A DNA stretch of 64,000 nt from Octopus vulgaris (lineage: Eukaryota), in the NCBI GenBank assembly GCA_951406725.2, contig OX597823.1, positions 65,968,001 through 66,032,000 on the forward strand. Reading direction: 5' to 3'. The notes under the pieces are model-generated. The model ran no database searches, was not told the origin of the DNA, and saw only the letters and a list, made by a program, of their open reading frames with translations. Made by a program: the position numbers and the translations under genes. Positions 26,197 through 40,620 of this stretch are shown here, piece by piece. Position 1 is the stretch's first letter. Every line of letters begins with the position of its first letter.

Positions 26197-29100
26197 TATA
26201 TATATGCATATGTGTGTGAGTGTGTGAGTGTGCGTTTGTGTGTATACATTTCTGCATAACTAGTCTTGATCTTTAATATTTAGGAGGGAATTCATTGGAT
26301 TCATCGTGTTTATTTCTTGGTACAGCATTGCATGTCGGCTCATGCACAACATTGCATAGTAATCACAATACACAACTATCTTAAGCTCCTGCAACATATC
26401 CTTTTGAATTCTAAATACTATTTGTAACTAGTAAATTCCTGGCGTGTTAAGGAAATTGCAGTCAGCACTGTCTTCGTTGGATGAAATTGTAATATCAAAT
26501 ATGATCTTAAAGCCAGCATCTTGGAAATGTTGGGCACTCTTTCATTAAGTATATTATTTTACCTCTTTACTTTATCTTCTCTGAAATGTGTATTATGAAA
26601 GTTGACAGCACAGCTTTACCTAAGACAAATGTAACAGCAGCCTCTCCTAAATTGCAATCCGCCCACGTTATAGAGCATCACACGTGATGCTGTCGTATGG
26701 CATTAAGTCAGTCATGATTTAGCAGTTGTAAAGAATGAAAGGATGTAAGTAGTCGACCACAAACAATGTGTGACACAAATCCATATTTCAGTTATACGAT
26801 GTCAAATTGAAACCTATAGTGCATACCCAGACGATGCTTCTTTTCAAATAAAATTCATTCCTTTCCACATGTGATTTGTAAACAAATTCTTATAATGAGT
26901 TGTGCACAATATTTTGTATTTTGCAGAATATTGTATATTACTGAGGAGAGGCTGAAGCAGTATGCTTCATGCTTTTCTTATACTATTACTTTTGTTTTTT
27001 CTTTACGTAAAATGTGGTACCTTAAATCGCTTTGCTTTGTCTACTGTCTTCTATATGACATGTATACGTCGGGAAAGATTTATAACTCCTTGTTGTTGTT
27101 TTCTGACAGTGTCTGTTCATGGGCTTGCGTACACATGAGCGCATGTACGTGTTTGTGTCTACGTTGCATATGTTATTCAATTGAGCATTCTACAATCTGC
27201 GTATGATTTTTTTCATTTTATATGGTTATGTGGAAGTCCTTGAATTAAAGGTAAAAACGAGTGCGTGAGAAAACGGATATCGGTGTCACTCGTGCATGAA
27301 AATTCTGTTTCTGAAACTGCTATCTTTGTAAGCTATACAAGTTTTGAGCATGATGGTTAATCACTTGCAAGTATTTTGCATTGGATCTTAAGATGGTGCT
27401 CAGGAATTTTTGTATGTATATGGGCTAGCGATGTCAAGACTTATCGTTTCTTATATTTTTATGGGTGTTACCTAATTTTGTCAGGTGTCTGTATAACCTT
27501 AATTCATCTGACCTATTTTGGAATTTGGAATTATCGCAATGCATGCTAACTTTAGAGCAAATCCTTCAGACCATACGTGTTTTAGGTGTACGCTTGACAA
27601 TTTGATAGTCTCTAAGTTTTATATCTAACTATTGCATTTTTCATATCTTATGCAATAATAGTACGACACTGAAAACCATGAATATTATTTTCTTAAGTGA
27701 CGTGAACATATATTTCAATTTCTGTTCGTATTCTTTATGTGGGTTTTGGCTCTTAACTTTCGAGAAATGGTTGATATTTTTTTTTGTATTGGTATTTATT
27801 ATCCTAAATTGTCATTGTGGCATAAGGTATGGTTTGGTCCCCGTTACTGATGATGATGTGAATTATTTTACGTATAGTATTTTAATTTTATCGCTACGGT
27901 TTATATTTGATACAAGAAATTAATGTTTTCCCGACATTTATGGTTTATTTTCTGTTTGATGCTGAGTTTTATGTTGAATTATGACCTCTTCTGTTCATTA
28001 TGTGTCAGTTCGTCTCAAGTGTTTATGAACGTAACTATTTCAGGTGCTTTATTAGTGGTTACCTATTATGTTATACTGTGTGATATGTTTCCTTTAGATG
28101 AATCTATAACCATTCTGTTGACTGTATGCACAGCATTGTCTATGTTTCTTTTTTATGCGTTGAATTCACAAAACATTTATTCTGCTTCTTTGCGATCTAC
28201 TCTTCGGTTTACTTTGTGTAGTTTGATAAAAAATTTCTATATTTTTCATTAACGTATGAGTGTGTCGTAAAAATAATTGACGAGTGATATGAAAGAAATA
28301 CTAGATTTTTTGACAAATGGGTCTTTTACACTGGACGTGTTGTGTACGTTTGAGAGGTACTGTAATTATTTTTTTGAAACGTGTATTAATAGGTGTTGAT
28401 TAAATTGGAAGTAATGCGTGTCTAGTTGTACTGATATTGTGTCATCTTTATATTCCGCACGTCTGGAAAATTGAGAGCACTGATGGTGTTTATTAAAGAG
28501 TTAATTTTCTACACTTGGACGAGTGTAGCATGATGGAAAATTATTGACATCGGAGTTAGACATGCACGTGTTTATTATTTTGATGTGCTTAAATTTGATT
28601 TTAGTGTTTCTCATTTAAAAAATCTATATCTCTGCAGCAGTGCCCTTCGCTATTAGATTACAAATTATATCTCCATGTATGATAAAAGTGCCAATTCTAA
28701 ATGTATTGGATTCAATACAGTTTACAGGAGTGGAACGTCCAAACCATCAACTATTTACCCACTTCTTATCAAGTCCGTAGACTGTAGTTCTTCCATGACT
28801 TTACCAGTTTTTACAAATAATACCCATTACACACTATAGGTACTTATATCTGTTTTGTTAGTTTCATATATATCAAACGAAAGCAGAGAGCGAAGGTATT
28901 GTTTTAAATACATGAATCACTTCTGTTTATTGCGTCGTTATATGTATATAAAGTCAGGAATTGTTAGAATATATTATATAGAGACTCGACATAAATGCTC
29001 TGCGCTATTTCTTCTGTATCTTTGATTTCTAAACAAGCGATACCAATTTTATTGTTTTCTTCCCTCCTTTCGGTAGGGTTGGATATATAAAGTACAAGTT

Positions 29101-32100
29101 CACGATCGTAGACTGCTTGGATTAGGGCTGGACGTGATATCTTGTTTCATCTGCAGTAGGTCTTTGTGTTTAGGATACAACATGTGCAATGACAAAGACA
29201 CTTGCTTTTTAATTGGATACTATCTGTGTCAAGAACAGGGGACACTCACACGCCTGGAAATTGGTGGTCTTCCATAACAAAATGTTTCAAGCCTGTGTTT
29301 GGAATAGGAAGATCCTAGACATTCATTCATGGTCTCATTAGATATACTATGGCCTCGGATATATTGATACGTATATGGCCAAAATATGACCTGACACCTT
29401 ATCTAGGCGCTACTATATTGACTGAAAATACTGAGGGTTTGAACATGATGCTATAAGTGCTGGAGGTATGATTCGAAACATTGAATCATTTCTTATATTT
29501 CATCTTTCTACTTACTTTTCATCTGTATTTTCGCAGCACCGAATGTATTACTCCAACTTCGAATTGACCATAGTTGTATTAGAAGTTCGGTATTTCTAAT
29601 TACAATAAATTGTATTGACTGTATCTTTGGTAATATATAGTAGTCGTCGGTGATATAGATGTTTTATTCCACGAAATTGATGAAGCTCTTCATCACAAAG
29701 ATAAATCAATTTCTTCTTGAAAACTAAATTATTTGGTTCAAAAGTAAAGCGAATATTATATTAATATATTTACTAGACACTTCTCTAATACACACAACTG
29801 AATGGACGTGAAATTCACAATCATGTGGTACATGTATACCTACTAAATATTATTTCACTCGTTCTCTTCAGTGTATGAGAATTCATTTGAATGAACAAAA
29901 CGATATATGAGCCAAATAGGAAGTATTTCTTTTTCGAGTATGTTTTAGAGATAAAGGTAAAGAAGGAAAATAGTAAATATGACAGAAATAATGAATAGTT
30001 ACTACTAAGAACTATCTTCGATTTCTGTATCATATAAATAGTTATAATGAATATAACTCTTCAATACAACATGATCGATAATGTTGGTGATAGATACACA
30101 GAACCATAGTATTACCAGAGGCTGAAGTAAAGAGGCAAACATTGTTTAAACAAGATATATGCCATCGAGGGAAAACAATTTAACACTGAATGTGAAGTGG
30201 TGTATTCTGTGATAAAATAACAGAATGTTAAGGGGGGAAAACACCTCAACCAGATATCATGACATATTGTCTATTTTCTCTATACTTTATTTTGCTTGCC
30301 TTGTTAATCCTTTAGTGATGATAATATATTTATCGGTTCATCTATATCAGACAAACTAAAATCTATTGCATTTTCAAATGGGCGCCTACGAGAAAAAAAA
30401 GACAACAAAGAAATTGATAGAGTGAGTAATAAAGTGAGGTTTTGTCTGTTGTTTTTAAGATTTACTTCAACAGTTATAAAATGTTGTATCTGTAGCTTTG
30501 TGTTAATTTACAGTTACATAGATTTTATTTGATTCGAACTAACGAATATCTCAAAAACTGTGTTAAGCTCAGGAGATTTCTACTTAATCGAATCATTGAG
30601 CTGAAAACAAAAGTTTTGCCCCGTTACTGGCGCTGAATAATATGTACTGACAAAACTGGTTTCACACTCAACAGTGAAAATAGTTTTCTCTAAACATGAA
30701 GGTGAAAGAGTATTTTTCCCAACGGAAATCAAGGCAAACAATGCTTAAAGGACATCATTATTTGTTTGGAGTGCAGAGTTTCAATTCACATACTCCAGAT
30801 ACCAAACTACTTCACTGTACCCATTATAAAATCTGTTTCGTGTTACAGGCTCATGAAGAGAAAGCTCATCCGTTTTTTTCAAGGCATTTAGATGTCACTC
30901 TATCACAAAGCAACGTGAAAAGAAATACTTTCTCAAAGGTACCTCATGCTGTCCGCCTCGATAATCTAACCCACGACCTAACCTAACGACGCGCACTCAA
31001 CCCTGTGTCAACTAAGTTTTTATATATCGCTATCCTTACTGCCCCCATAAAGGCAAGTATTTTACTGGGGATAAATGCTCCTGGCCCCTACCAAACGAAA
31101 ATTCCATCAAAATGTAACAGGTCGTTTCTATGTCTTCATTGATACTTTCAACTGAAACATTATTCGTTTTGACTGCCCACACTAACCAACATCATTGATA
31201 ACGTGAGAGCTGTGTTTCATTTGGTAGTAATTTGCCACCCCGTCAATTGGTCAGTTGCCATTCCCATAAAATGTTAATATAACGACTTGAATGCTATAGT
31301 GATATTATAGTGATATTATACTCTCAGAGCTGGTTGCACCCTACGTTAAGATATTATGCAAACTCGAACCTATGTGGGGAACTTCTTGTTTAACTTATCA
31401 GAAACCTCGGCGTTTCAAGTAGTTTAAAACAAACCAACTAGGGAGCCCCTAGATATTCAATGAGAAATATCACACTATCATACAAATTAGCCACGTGATA
31501 GACAAAAGGCAGGATAGTCATGACTGGAACGTGTTTATTTATAGGTCTGCTCAATGCAGATTTATCTAAGCATTAGCAAATAGTGTCTGGTTATCTATAT
31601 CGCTGTAAAATGGAAGGACACAAACAGTGTAGATCTCAACAAAGAATAAGAAGAGATGGCTAGAGATGGCGCGCTAATAGTCTACTTAGTTCTGGATATC
31701 CAAAGCAATTCCATAATTTTTTTCTGAATACATTGCAGTATTAATAACAGGTTGTTGAACTTAGGTAAAGTTTGAACTCGCTCCAATGACTTACATAAAA
31801 ATATGCTATTAATATAAACTACCCTCTCATGTAATTTCCTTCATCAATGCAAACACCACTTACTATAACTTTACTGGAAGAAAAATAGATGAAATATGTG
31901 ATGAAGCAAAGGCTAATACAGTTTAGTAGAACTGGTGTTTTATATCAGCCATGTAATGTAACGTTATACACTGTATTTGTAAATACAATTTAAACGGACA
32001 AAATTTGCAAAGTTCTATTGTAAACAAAAGGAAGTAGGTCTAGTAAAAATGATGTGCTCAGCACTTGTTTGTTTAGATTAGCTCCATTTTACCAAATAAC

Positions 32101-32108
32101 AAAAGTCA

Positions 32109-32485
<377 letters not shown>

Positions 32486-33250
32486 TACGTTACTTGCTAG
32501 AAATAACAGATATGTCTCTCTCAGAAAAGAGTCATAAAAATAGAAGATATGTCTTATATTTGATAGAGTGTATGTTAAAAACAAAACAAGCAAGAAAAAC
32601 TGAACAAGAGGATCATGATTTAAACACTTTTCACCATGAGTTGGCAAGGGCTGGGCTGACCCGGAGCTACACAACACCTAATAGCATTTTTGACAGCGCT
32701 TCATTGTTTTTGATGCAAACATTACGCAATTTACTTTTCAGGAATATATTACTTTCTGATATTATATTTTTCTCAGTCATTTAGATAAAGGTGTTTAATG
32801 GTTGTTTTCATTGTTGTTGCTTTAGATGATGTATTTGCTTTCGACGCTTATTCTGAAGTGAATGTATTGGTTGTTACTTTTTAAAACCAGTTATCTTGCT
32901 GTTAGCTATTTGCTGCTCTCATCGGTGCACTCTACTAATGGCCCAGAACAAACGACTGGACGTGATTGTTATGAGCAAATAAAAACCGTAAAAAGTTTTC
33001 TGTAGGTGAACCTAACGAAGGTTGTTTATCTTTATTCTCAAAACGAATATTCACTTATGTCTTTGGAGACATGTTTTCGGCACATTATCCTTTTTAGCAG
33101 TGAAGGAATAGCTATATGTAATAACTGTATAAAATAAAATAAAAAAAGCAAAAATCGAACATATACAAAACGTACAATCATACTCACATACTCGCATATA
33201 CGTACCTCTGCATTATCATATATCCCAGAACACACACAAACGTATATCGA

Positions 33251-33511
33251 TATATGTATCCGCGAGCGTCTATGTCTGTCTGTGTATTTGTATGTGTATA
33301 AAAGAAGTAAATAATTTCTCAATGTTTCAACCATGACACTTCAGTGATTCGCTCACCTGACCTATTACACATATACCCCAGATCACATAAATACATAAGT
33401 CGGTATATGTGTCCGCGAGCGCGTATTTTTGTGTATTTGTATGTGTATAAAAAGTAAATAATTTCTCAATGGTTCAAACATGGCAGTTTAGTTGTTTGCT
33501 CACCTGACCTA
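33251..33511 (+). repeat. Tandem duplication, ~110-bp units (33251-33364 / 33405-33511)
   Basis: atatgt.tccgcgagcg...tgtgtatttgtatgtgtataaaa..gtaaataatttctcaatg.ttcaa.catg.ca.tt.agt..tt.gctcacctgaccta occurs twice. Confidence 0.8.
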
Positions 33512-34720
33512 ACCATTCGTTTTATTGACCTGTAATGAATGAGAATTCCACAAATACATGTCTCCCTAAAGTAATCCACACATCAATCCGCCATGATCAT
33601 GGACAACCTTTATCTATTACCTTGTTTTCAGACTGCGACCATGCTGGGGCAACACCTTGAAGAAATTTCAGTGGAATGAGTTGACCTCGGCAGTTATTTT
33701 CTTTTAGAAAACCTGCTTCTTATATCGATCAGTTTGGGAGAACTGTTGTTACGGAGATGTAAGCACATCAACACCGGTTGCCAAGCAATGTGTGTGCATG
33801 TGTATTCATACCTAAAATGATAAAAAAGATGATTAAAAAGATAATTTGATTGTTAGAAGAGCGCGCTCTTGCAACGAGATTGTGAGAATTCAGAAAGGCA
33901 GACGGAAGAAATTAGAAGATTTATAAAATTACTGATAAGTTTGCTTGTACAGTTTGGAAAATTTTCGTCACTCCTGCATGAAACAGTATTTTCTTCAAAT
34001 AAGAAGATTTATAAAACAATCAAGTAAATAGATTCACTTCGTGTTCGACTAGCCTGACTTCAAACCATAGATTTTGGTATACATGTAAATAGTATTGGCT
34101 ACAAAACGTAACCTTCTCAAAATAAATAGTTTGAAATGAATTTATGCTATTAAATTTCCAAATAACCAAAATGTTAATTGTATTTTAAAATGTATCCTAT
34201 TAAAAAGTTAAATTTCTTAGTCATGGTGGTATATATATTAACAATATTCCAAGCTAGATTATTAAATTTTTGAATTGAAATTAAATTTTGTATTCGTACT
34301 TAGCAAATTTGAGGAAGTATTTTATTATACAATATATTAGCAAAAAAATATTATAACTTGGAATATTTTAGAATAAGCAAAAATAGCACTTCCAGACTGA
34401 AGAATTGGTAAATCACAACTACTATTTTGGTTATTCATAGTTTTAAATTAAATTGAATATATTAGAGTTCGACGAATATATTTCGAGAATATAAAATACG
34501 TACCTTCAAAAATTATATTGAAGCACTTTCTGTATATGATTTCATTGCTATTCACGAACATACTCTCCTTCTTAATATTTTACCTGTTATATCACTTGAT
34601 AATGCATAACTTTATACATGGGCAACGTATTTCCTGAATCAGAAGAATCGTTATTCGTCATGAATCCGCACACTAATCAGCATCAACGATATCATAAAAG
34701 GTGCGTTTAATTTGGCAGTA

Positions 34721-34752
<32 letters not shown>

Positions 34753-34753
<1 letters not shown>

Positions 34754-35565
34754 GATATCTGCTGTCATGTGTGGGACGAGTCGATTTATCAGCTGAGTCT
34801 ATCGTCAATATTGTCACGCCTCCTTCCTTCAAACGGGAAGGAAGAGCTATTTTCATCATCCTTGTGGCTATGGCGAAAGAATGTATCTGGTGGACGCGTC
34901 TGAAAGAATTGGAGACAAACACTTTCCTCTCTGGTCAATCTCTCATCAACTTCTTCAAGTACCACTTGAAAAGGAAAGTGAGAGTAGAGAGGCAAGTTTT
35001 GTCTAGCGAATGTTTTAAAAAAAGATGGGTGAATGTAGCAAGGATGGCACGTATGAATGACGAAGACACCTTGAGCATAATCCTATGAACCCAGAAATTG
35101 AAAACAGAGGGTTACCCACTTGCAAACAAATGTGGTAACATATAACAATATTGACCAAAGTTACCGTGGTCTTTTCCGTAGGCTTTTCTTCCCACGGATA
35201 AACCTTACTTGCTTTCCCCTTTACACCATATATCATAACACTGTGATACACGATCCCTATTGATCGTTTTTTTCCTCTTCCCCCTTTTTTCCCCTTTTTT
35301 CTTCTTTTTCATTTCTCTTTTCTTTTGTTCCTTTTCCTTTTTTTTAATTTTAATTTTAATTTTTTATTTTATTTTATTATTAAGAAATTAAAAAATTTTT
35401 TTTTGTTCTTTTCTTCCCTTTTACGATCCCTCTTGATCGAAAACCTACGCACCCCCCCTTTTTTTGTTTCTTTTGTTTTTTGTTTTTTTCATCCCCCAAA
35501 AGAAAAGCTCTACCTTGTAACTTGTCCCATCTGTGTGCAGCCCTGTGTGGCCAATAAAGAAACTC
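34753..35565 (+). mobile_element. 3' end of an L1/Tx1-type LINE (ORF2 C-terminus plus 3' UTR) inserted in (ATCT)n
   Basis: ORF ...IILVAMAKECIWWTR...FKKRW...* matches the AKxxIWxxR...FxxxW C-terminal pattern of L1/Tx1 ORF2. T-rich UTR, AATAAA at 35553, and (ATCT)n on both sides. Confidence 0.6.
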
Positions 35566-35615
35566 ATCTATCTATCTATCTATCTATCTATCAATCCTTC
35601 TGTCTATCTGTGTGT

Positions 35616-35679
<64 letters not shown>

Positions 35680-35739
35680 GGATGGATGGATATTTGTGTG
35701 TGTGTATGTGTACGTATGTATTTGTATATATGTTGGGTC

Positions 35740-36965
35740 ACTTGTGAGACGTTTCAAGAATGCTCTTGTTAACATGGAATTCAGTACAATGATGCACGGT
35801 CGGGTCATCAGAGACTAAACATGGCACCTCCACCTGGCTGGTCGATTGACGATGTATCGCAGATGAATTAAAACGATATATCAAAAGGACATTGTTTTTA
35901 GTTATTTTAGTAACAGTAATGAAAGAAACCTGAGAAATTCTCATGTGTTCATAGATACGTACTATCCGTTTAATTTAGCTAAGAAGACCTTGATAAAATG
36001 TATTTCTCTTGACTTCCGGAACTTTGGGTATAGCTTTCGACATTTGTTAAAGGCAAATATCTGGAATATTGATGTTTACGCTGCGGAGTCTTGGTTCATG
36101 TTTTGTATGGTTTCTTGCACGTTTGCAACAGGAATTGATGCTTTCACTAAAATAATTTTCTTTGCTTTTGGGGCATGTTATTCAGTGTACGAGATCCTCT
36201 GACATGCACTTAAGAAGGGGAAACGACTTTCAAATTTTATATGGTAACCAGTGTCCAAATATTTGAAGTTGTTATTGATACATGTTCCACATATATTATC
36301 ATCGAAGTCCTGGTGTGAATTTTTGGTACGCGAGATATTTTACATATTTTTTCTTTGGTTGACGTTCGCTGTTTTGTTTACTGTTTTAATCAACCAGATT
36401 TTCCATGTTGGGACTGTGTAAGATTACGGGTAAGTTTGCTTGTACAGTTTGGAAAATTTTCGTCACTCCTGCATGAAACAGTATTGTCTTTAATTTTTTC
36501 TTCGATGCCTACCAATGTATGATACCCAGTTTTATAATTCCATCACTTATTAATTTTAAGAGGTAATTCTGCTTCTTTAGAAAACCTTTGAGTTCATTGA
36601 GTCTAATTTGACGTATTTGTGGATTAACAACTGTTGCACAGATAGGTCTTGTTATACTATATGGAATGTTTCATTTTTATGTGTGAAGGATAGCAAGATT
36701 ACAAATGTAAATAATATTTGTCGTGTTCTTATTTATTTATTTATTTATTTATTTTTGCTTTTGTGAAATATATCCTTTGTTACAGCGCAGTTGCGTATTT
36801 TTACGTGAATGTCAAGGAACAGTAAGTCATTCTGACTGGCTTCCTTCATGATCATCATATGATTTCTCCCAAGAAAAAATAAACCAATCATCGAAGAATC
36901 GCTTCTACTTTTCAGTGTTATATTTCGTGGAAGTTTCATCAAAAACATTCTCTACTTTCTCGTAT
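35740..36965 (-). mobile_element. Decayed Penelope-like element (same family as 1590-2800) with 3' pLTR remnant
   Basis: KLYEKVE..., DLLFLDIHVKIRN..VTKDIFHK, SCYPSHIK.NIPYS, GVTKIFQTVQANL, ICGTC...KYLDTGYHIKF, ITCPK..ENYF, REIHFIKVFLAKLNG*. CTGATGA...GAAACGTCTC lies downstream (35811-35745). Confidence 0.8.
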
Positions 36966-37364
36966 AATTTTCTTTTTGTTTTCTTTGTTCTCCCTCTCCT
37001 TTTTCTTCTTGTTTTTCTTCCTTTTTCCTGTATTCGCTTTCTAACCAAGTCTCGAAAATACATACACACAAACATACAGGCACATATGTACACACGTATA
37101 TAGATTCAAAATATCAAAGAGCATCCTTTTCCCAATTCAACTCCAGATTTCTTCGTCATATACTTTCTGTAAAAATGTTATTTCTATTTCATAAAAATAT
37201 CAAATTTTACACTACTACTTCAAACAATATATACATAAATAAATACATGCCCGTACGCGCACATACACATGCGCACGCATATACAGGTACGTTTATATGT
37301 GTATGTGTATGTATGTATGTATGTATGTATGTATGTATGTATGTATGTATGTATGTATGTATGT

Positions 37365-37625
37365 TAGGGCATCCTTCTAGGAGAAAGTAACTCAAGTAAC
37401 TGGGATAACTCCGACATAAAACCTGCGGCTCAGTGGTTACGGATGATGTTAACTTGTTCTTCTTTTCGGATTATGGCTGCTGTTGCTTAGTGAGTGGGAT
37501 TGACTCAGTGCACATCCTTTCCTCACTTTAAAAAAAAAAAAATTTGCACAGGCATTGCACGATAACAACATTGATCAAGCTTCGTGAAATGGCCATACTC
37601 GATAACGAGGGGGCAACCACCATGT
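37365..37625 (+). mobile_element. Short non-autonomous retroposon (RTE 5'-UTR-like start) in (GTAT)n
   Basis: Starts gggcatccttctaggagaaagtaactc (resembles the RTE 5' motif ctaggagaaggaaaactc) and ends gagggggcaaccaccat(gtat)n. (GTAT)n on both sides. Confidence 0.45.
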
Positions 37626-38102
37626 ATGTATGTATGTATGAATTTATGTATGCATCCATGTATGTTTTTTAATATTTATGATTGGAAACTTTGATGAACT
37701 CTCTCTGCTCGAATCTTGGAATGTGTGCGGCAACTGCTAGTTGATTAACGGAGGAAGGCAAGCTTTTTAAGAAGAGGGAAGTATAGGCTGACACTTGCTG
37801 CAAATAAGAGGCCCACTCGTTGAAATTATATACCAAACAGAGCCTTCAAATATATTCATTTCGAGCGTTACTGGTAGTCATATGTGAATCAACACAATCA
37901 GGGAAATGATTGCTGGGTGTATTTAGTAGAATCCAATCTATTCAAAGCATTTGGCATGATGTTATCCTCCATTCTAAGGAGACCTTCTTCTTCACCCGCC
38001 ACCTTCACGGAAGACTTTCCAAGAGAGTAATTAAGAAAGACCCACAATGGAAGACGTAGTTTGTATTATCATATAATTATCTAGCCTTGTAAATTACGCA
38101 TA

Positions 38103-38985
<883 letters not shown>

Positions 38986-39004
38986 AATTTGCCATAAATT
39001 AGTA

Positions 39005-40620
39005 TGCTGAGGACGCGTGGTTTGTAGACATGGAACCTCTACTCCAGATACGAGTAGAAGTGTTTGAAGTCAGTTTTCTAATCTCCCAGACTCTCTTCGT
39101 CAGCGTGGCAAATGTGGAGGAGGCCCATCCAACTCGCATGCCGATCTAAAAGCAGAGGTTGTCAATGATGTTCGTGGATTGCCCCCAGCTTTTAGCTGTT
39201 GGTGGTGATGACAAGGCGTAGTCTGGAGCGTTGGGTTTCCTTATTATAATGGTCAGAGTGAATTCCTGGCACACCTTGAGATTTTATTACGAAATACTAA
39301 ATTTGCTCCTCAATGCTGCGACGTCAGCAAACAGCATTTTTCTGATGAGTACCTGACTAACCCTGGTTTTCTATATTGGTGTTGACAGACTAAACAGCAT
39401 TTCATCTGATTTGATGTGGGGATATTCAATACCAGTTGCGTTCCAAATGGGTGTTTCAGCATGGCTTTTAAAATATGCCAAACAAAACCGGGCAAGCACA
39501 TTGCTGCATATGTTGAATGCCTCCTAAGAAAATCCACCAAACTTGAAGACACTTTTCATATCAGCATAAAACGATTAGAGTATAATTAAAAGTCTTAGAG
39601 AAAAGCCAATCATGTTAAGAATTTTGAGCAAGCCGTCGATTAAGTAGGTCAGAAGTCTCCGGTAGGCCAACGAAGGTGATAGAGTGGTTACTTTGCTCTC
39701 GGCTCTTCTTCTGTAGCTGTTGAAGGGAGAATATCGTGTCAATGTTGGAGCGTTCTGAGCTGAAACCACTGATATTCAAAGCATATCAGTAATCTACTGA
39801 CGAATAATACCCACTCAGCAGAATTTCTGTAATTTGCTGTAACCATGCGGGCTGGGACCTTCTCGATAATACTTAGCAGTAAGATGCCTTGGAAGCTATT
39901 TCATGCGTTTCTGTTCTCTTTGTTCTTATAGAGGGTGGAAATGATGCAATCTATCATATCATATGGGACTGTTCTCTCCTCCCAGCACTCACACAATAAT
40001 TTCAATAAGTGCCTGAGTAAAATTCGTTTTGCACACCTGCCGATCTCTGGTTGGATGCCCGATGCATTCCCAGCGGGTGAGCCATCAATGGTTCTGCTCA
40101 GTTCTTCAACGGCCGGCATCGCATCTAGCTCCTCTATGATAGATAGATGTTACACAGTGTCTAACGCGTTGTTCGTGATGTTTTCCTTGACGTAAAGTTC
40201 GGGATAATGTGTCATCCATCTCTCCAACTGCTTCCTTTTACTCTTCGTGACCTCCCTTGATCTGCATTAGTGGCGTTATCTTATTCTTGGTTGGGCTGAT
40301 GGCTTTCTTGATGTTCTCATGCACACCGAGAATGTTATCTGTAACAAACGCCTGCTAGATACCTTCGCATATTTGTTACCAGTAGTCATTTACACAGCAT
40401 GTCAGTGTCTTTTGCGTTTTGTTCCTCGCCGATTTCAATGTTTGCAGCGTTGATTCGTGTTGTTTATTCAACAGGGCAATGCGCTTCTCCTCCTTGGCGG
40501 CATTGAGCTCATTTAAACTCGCTACAAACCAGTCCTGTATCATTCACAGCCTGCCACCAAAGTATATCAATGCAGTACCATAGATGGTGTCCCTGAGAGA
40601 GTACATATTTTGAATCGTGG
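39005..40620 (-). mobile_element. RTE-clade LINE, RT region (pseudogenised)
   Basis: LRDTIYG.A..YFG; EELSRTID...GIQPE...CWEERTVPYDMIDCIISTLYKNK; NSFQGILLLSII; VLIRKMLFADVAAL; RVGWASSTFATLTKRVWEIRKLT. Confidence 0.8.

Noticed and set aside
37760-37990. Possible additional RT fragment on the minus strand
   Set aside because: Only a vague resemblance (LEMNIFE...FQRVGL) with no catalytic motif.
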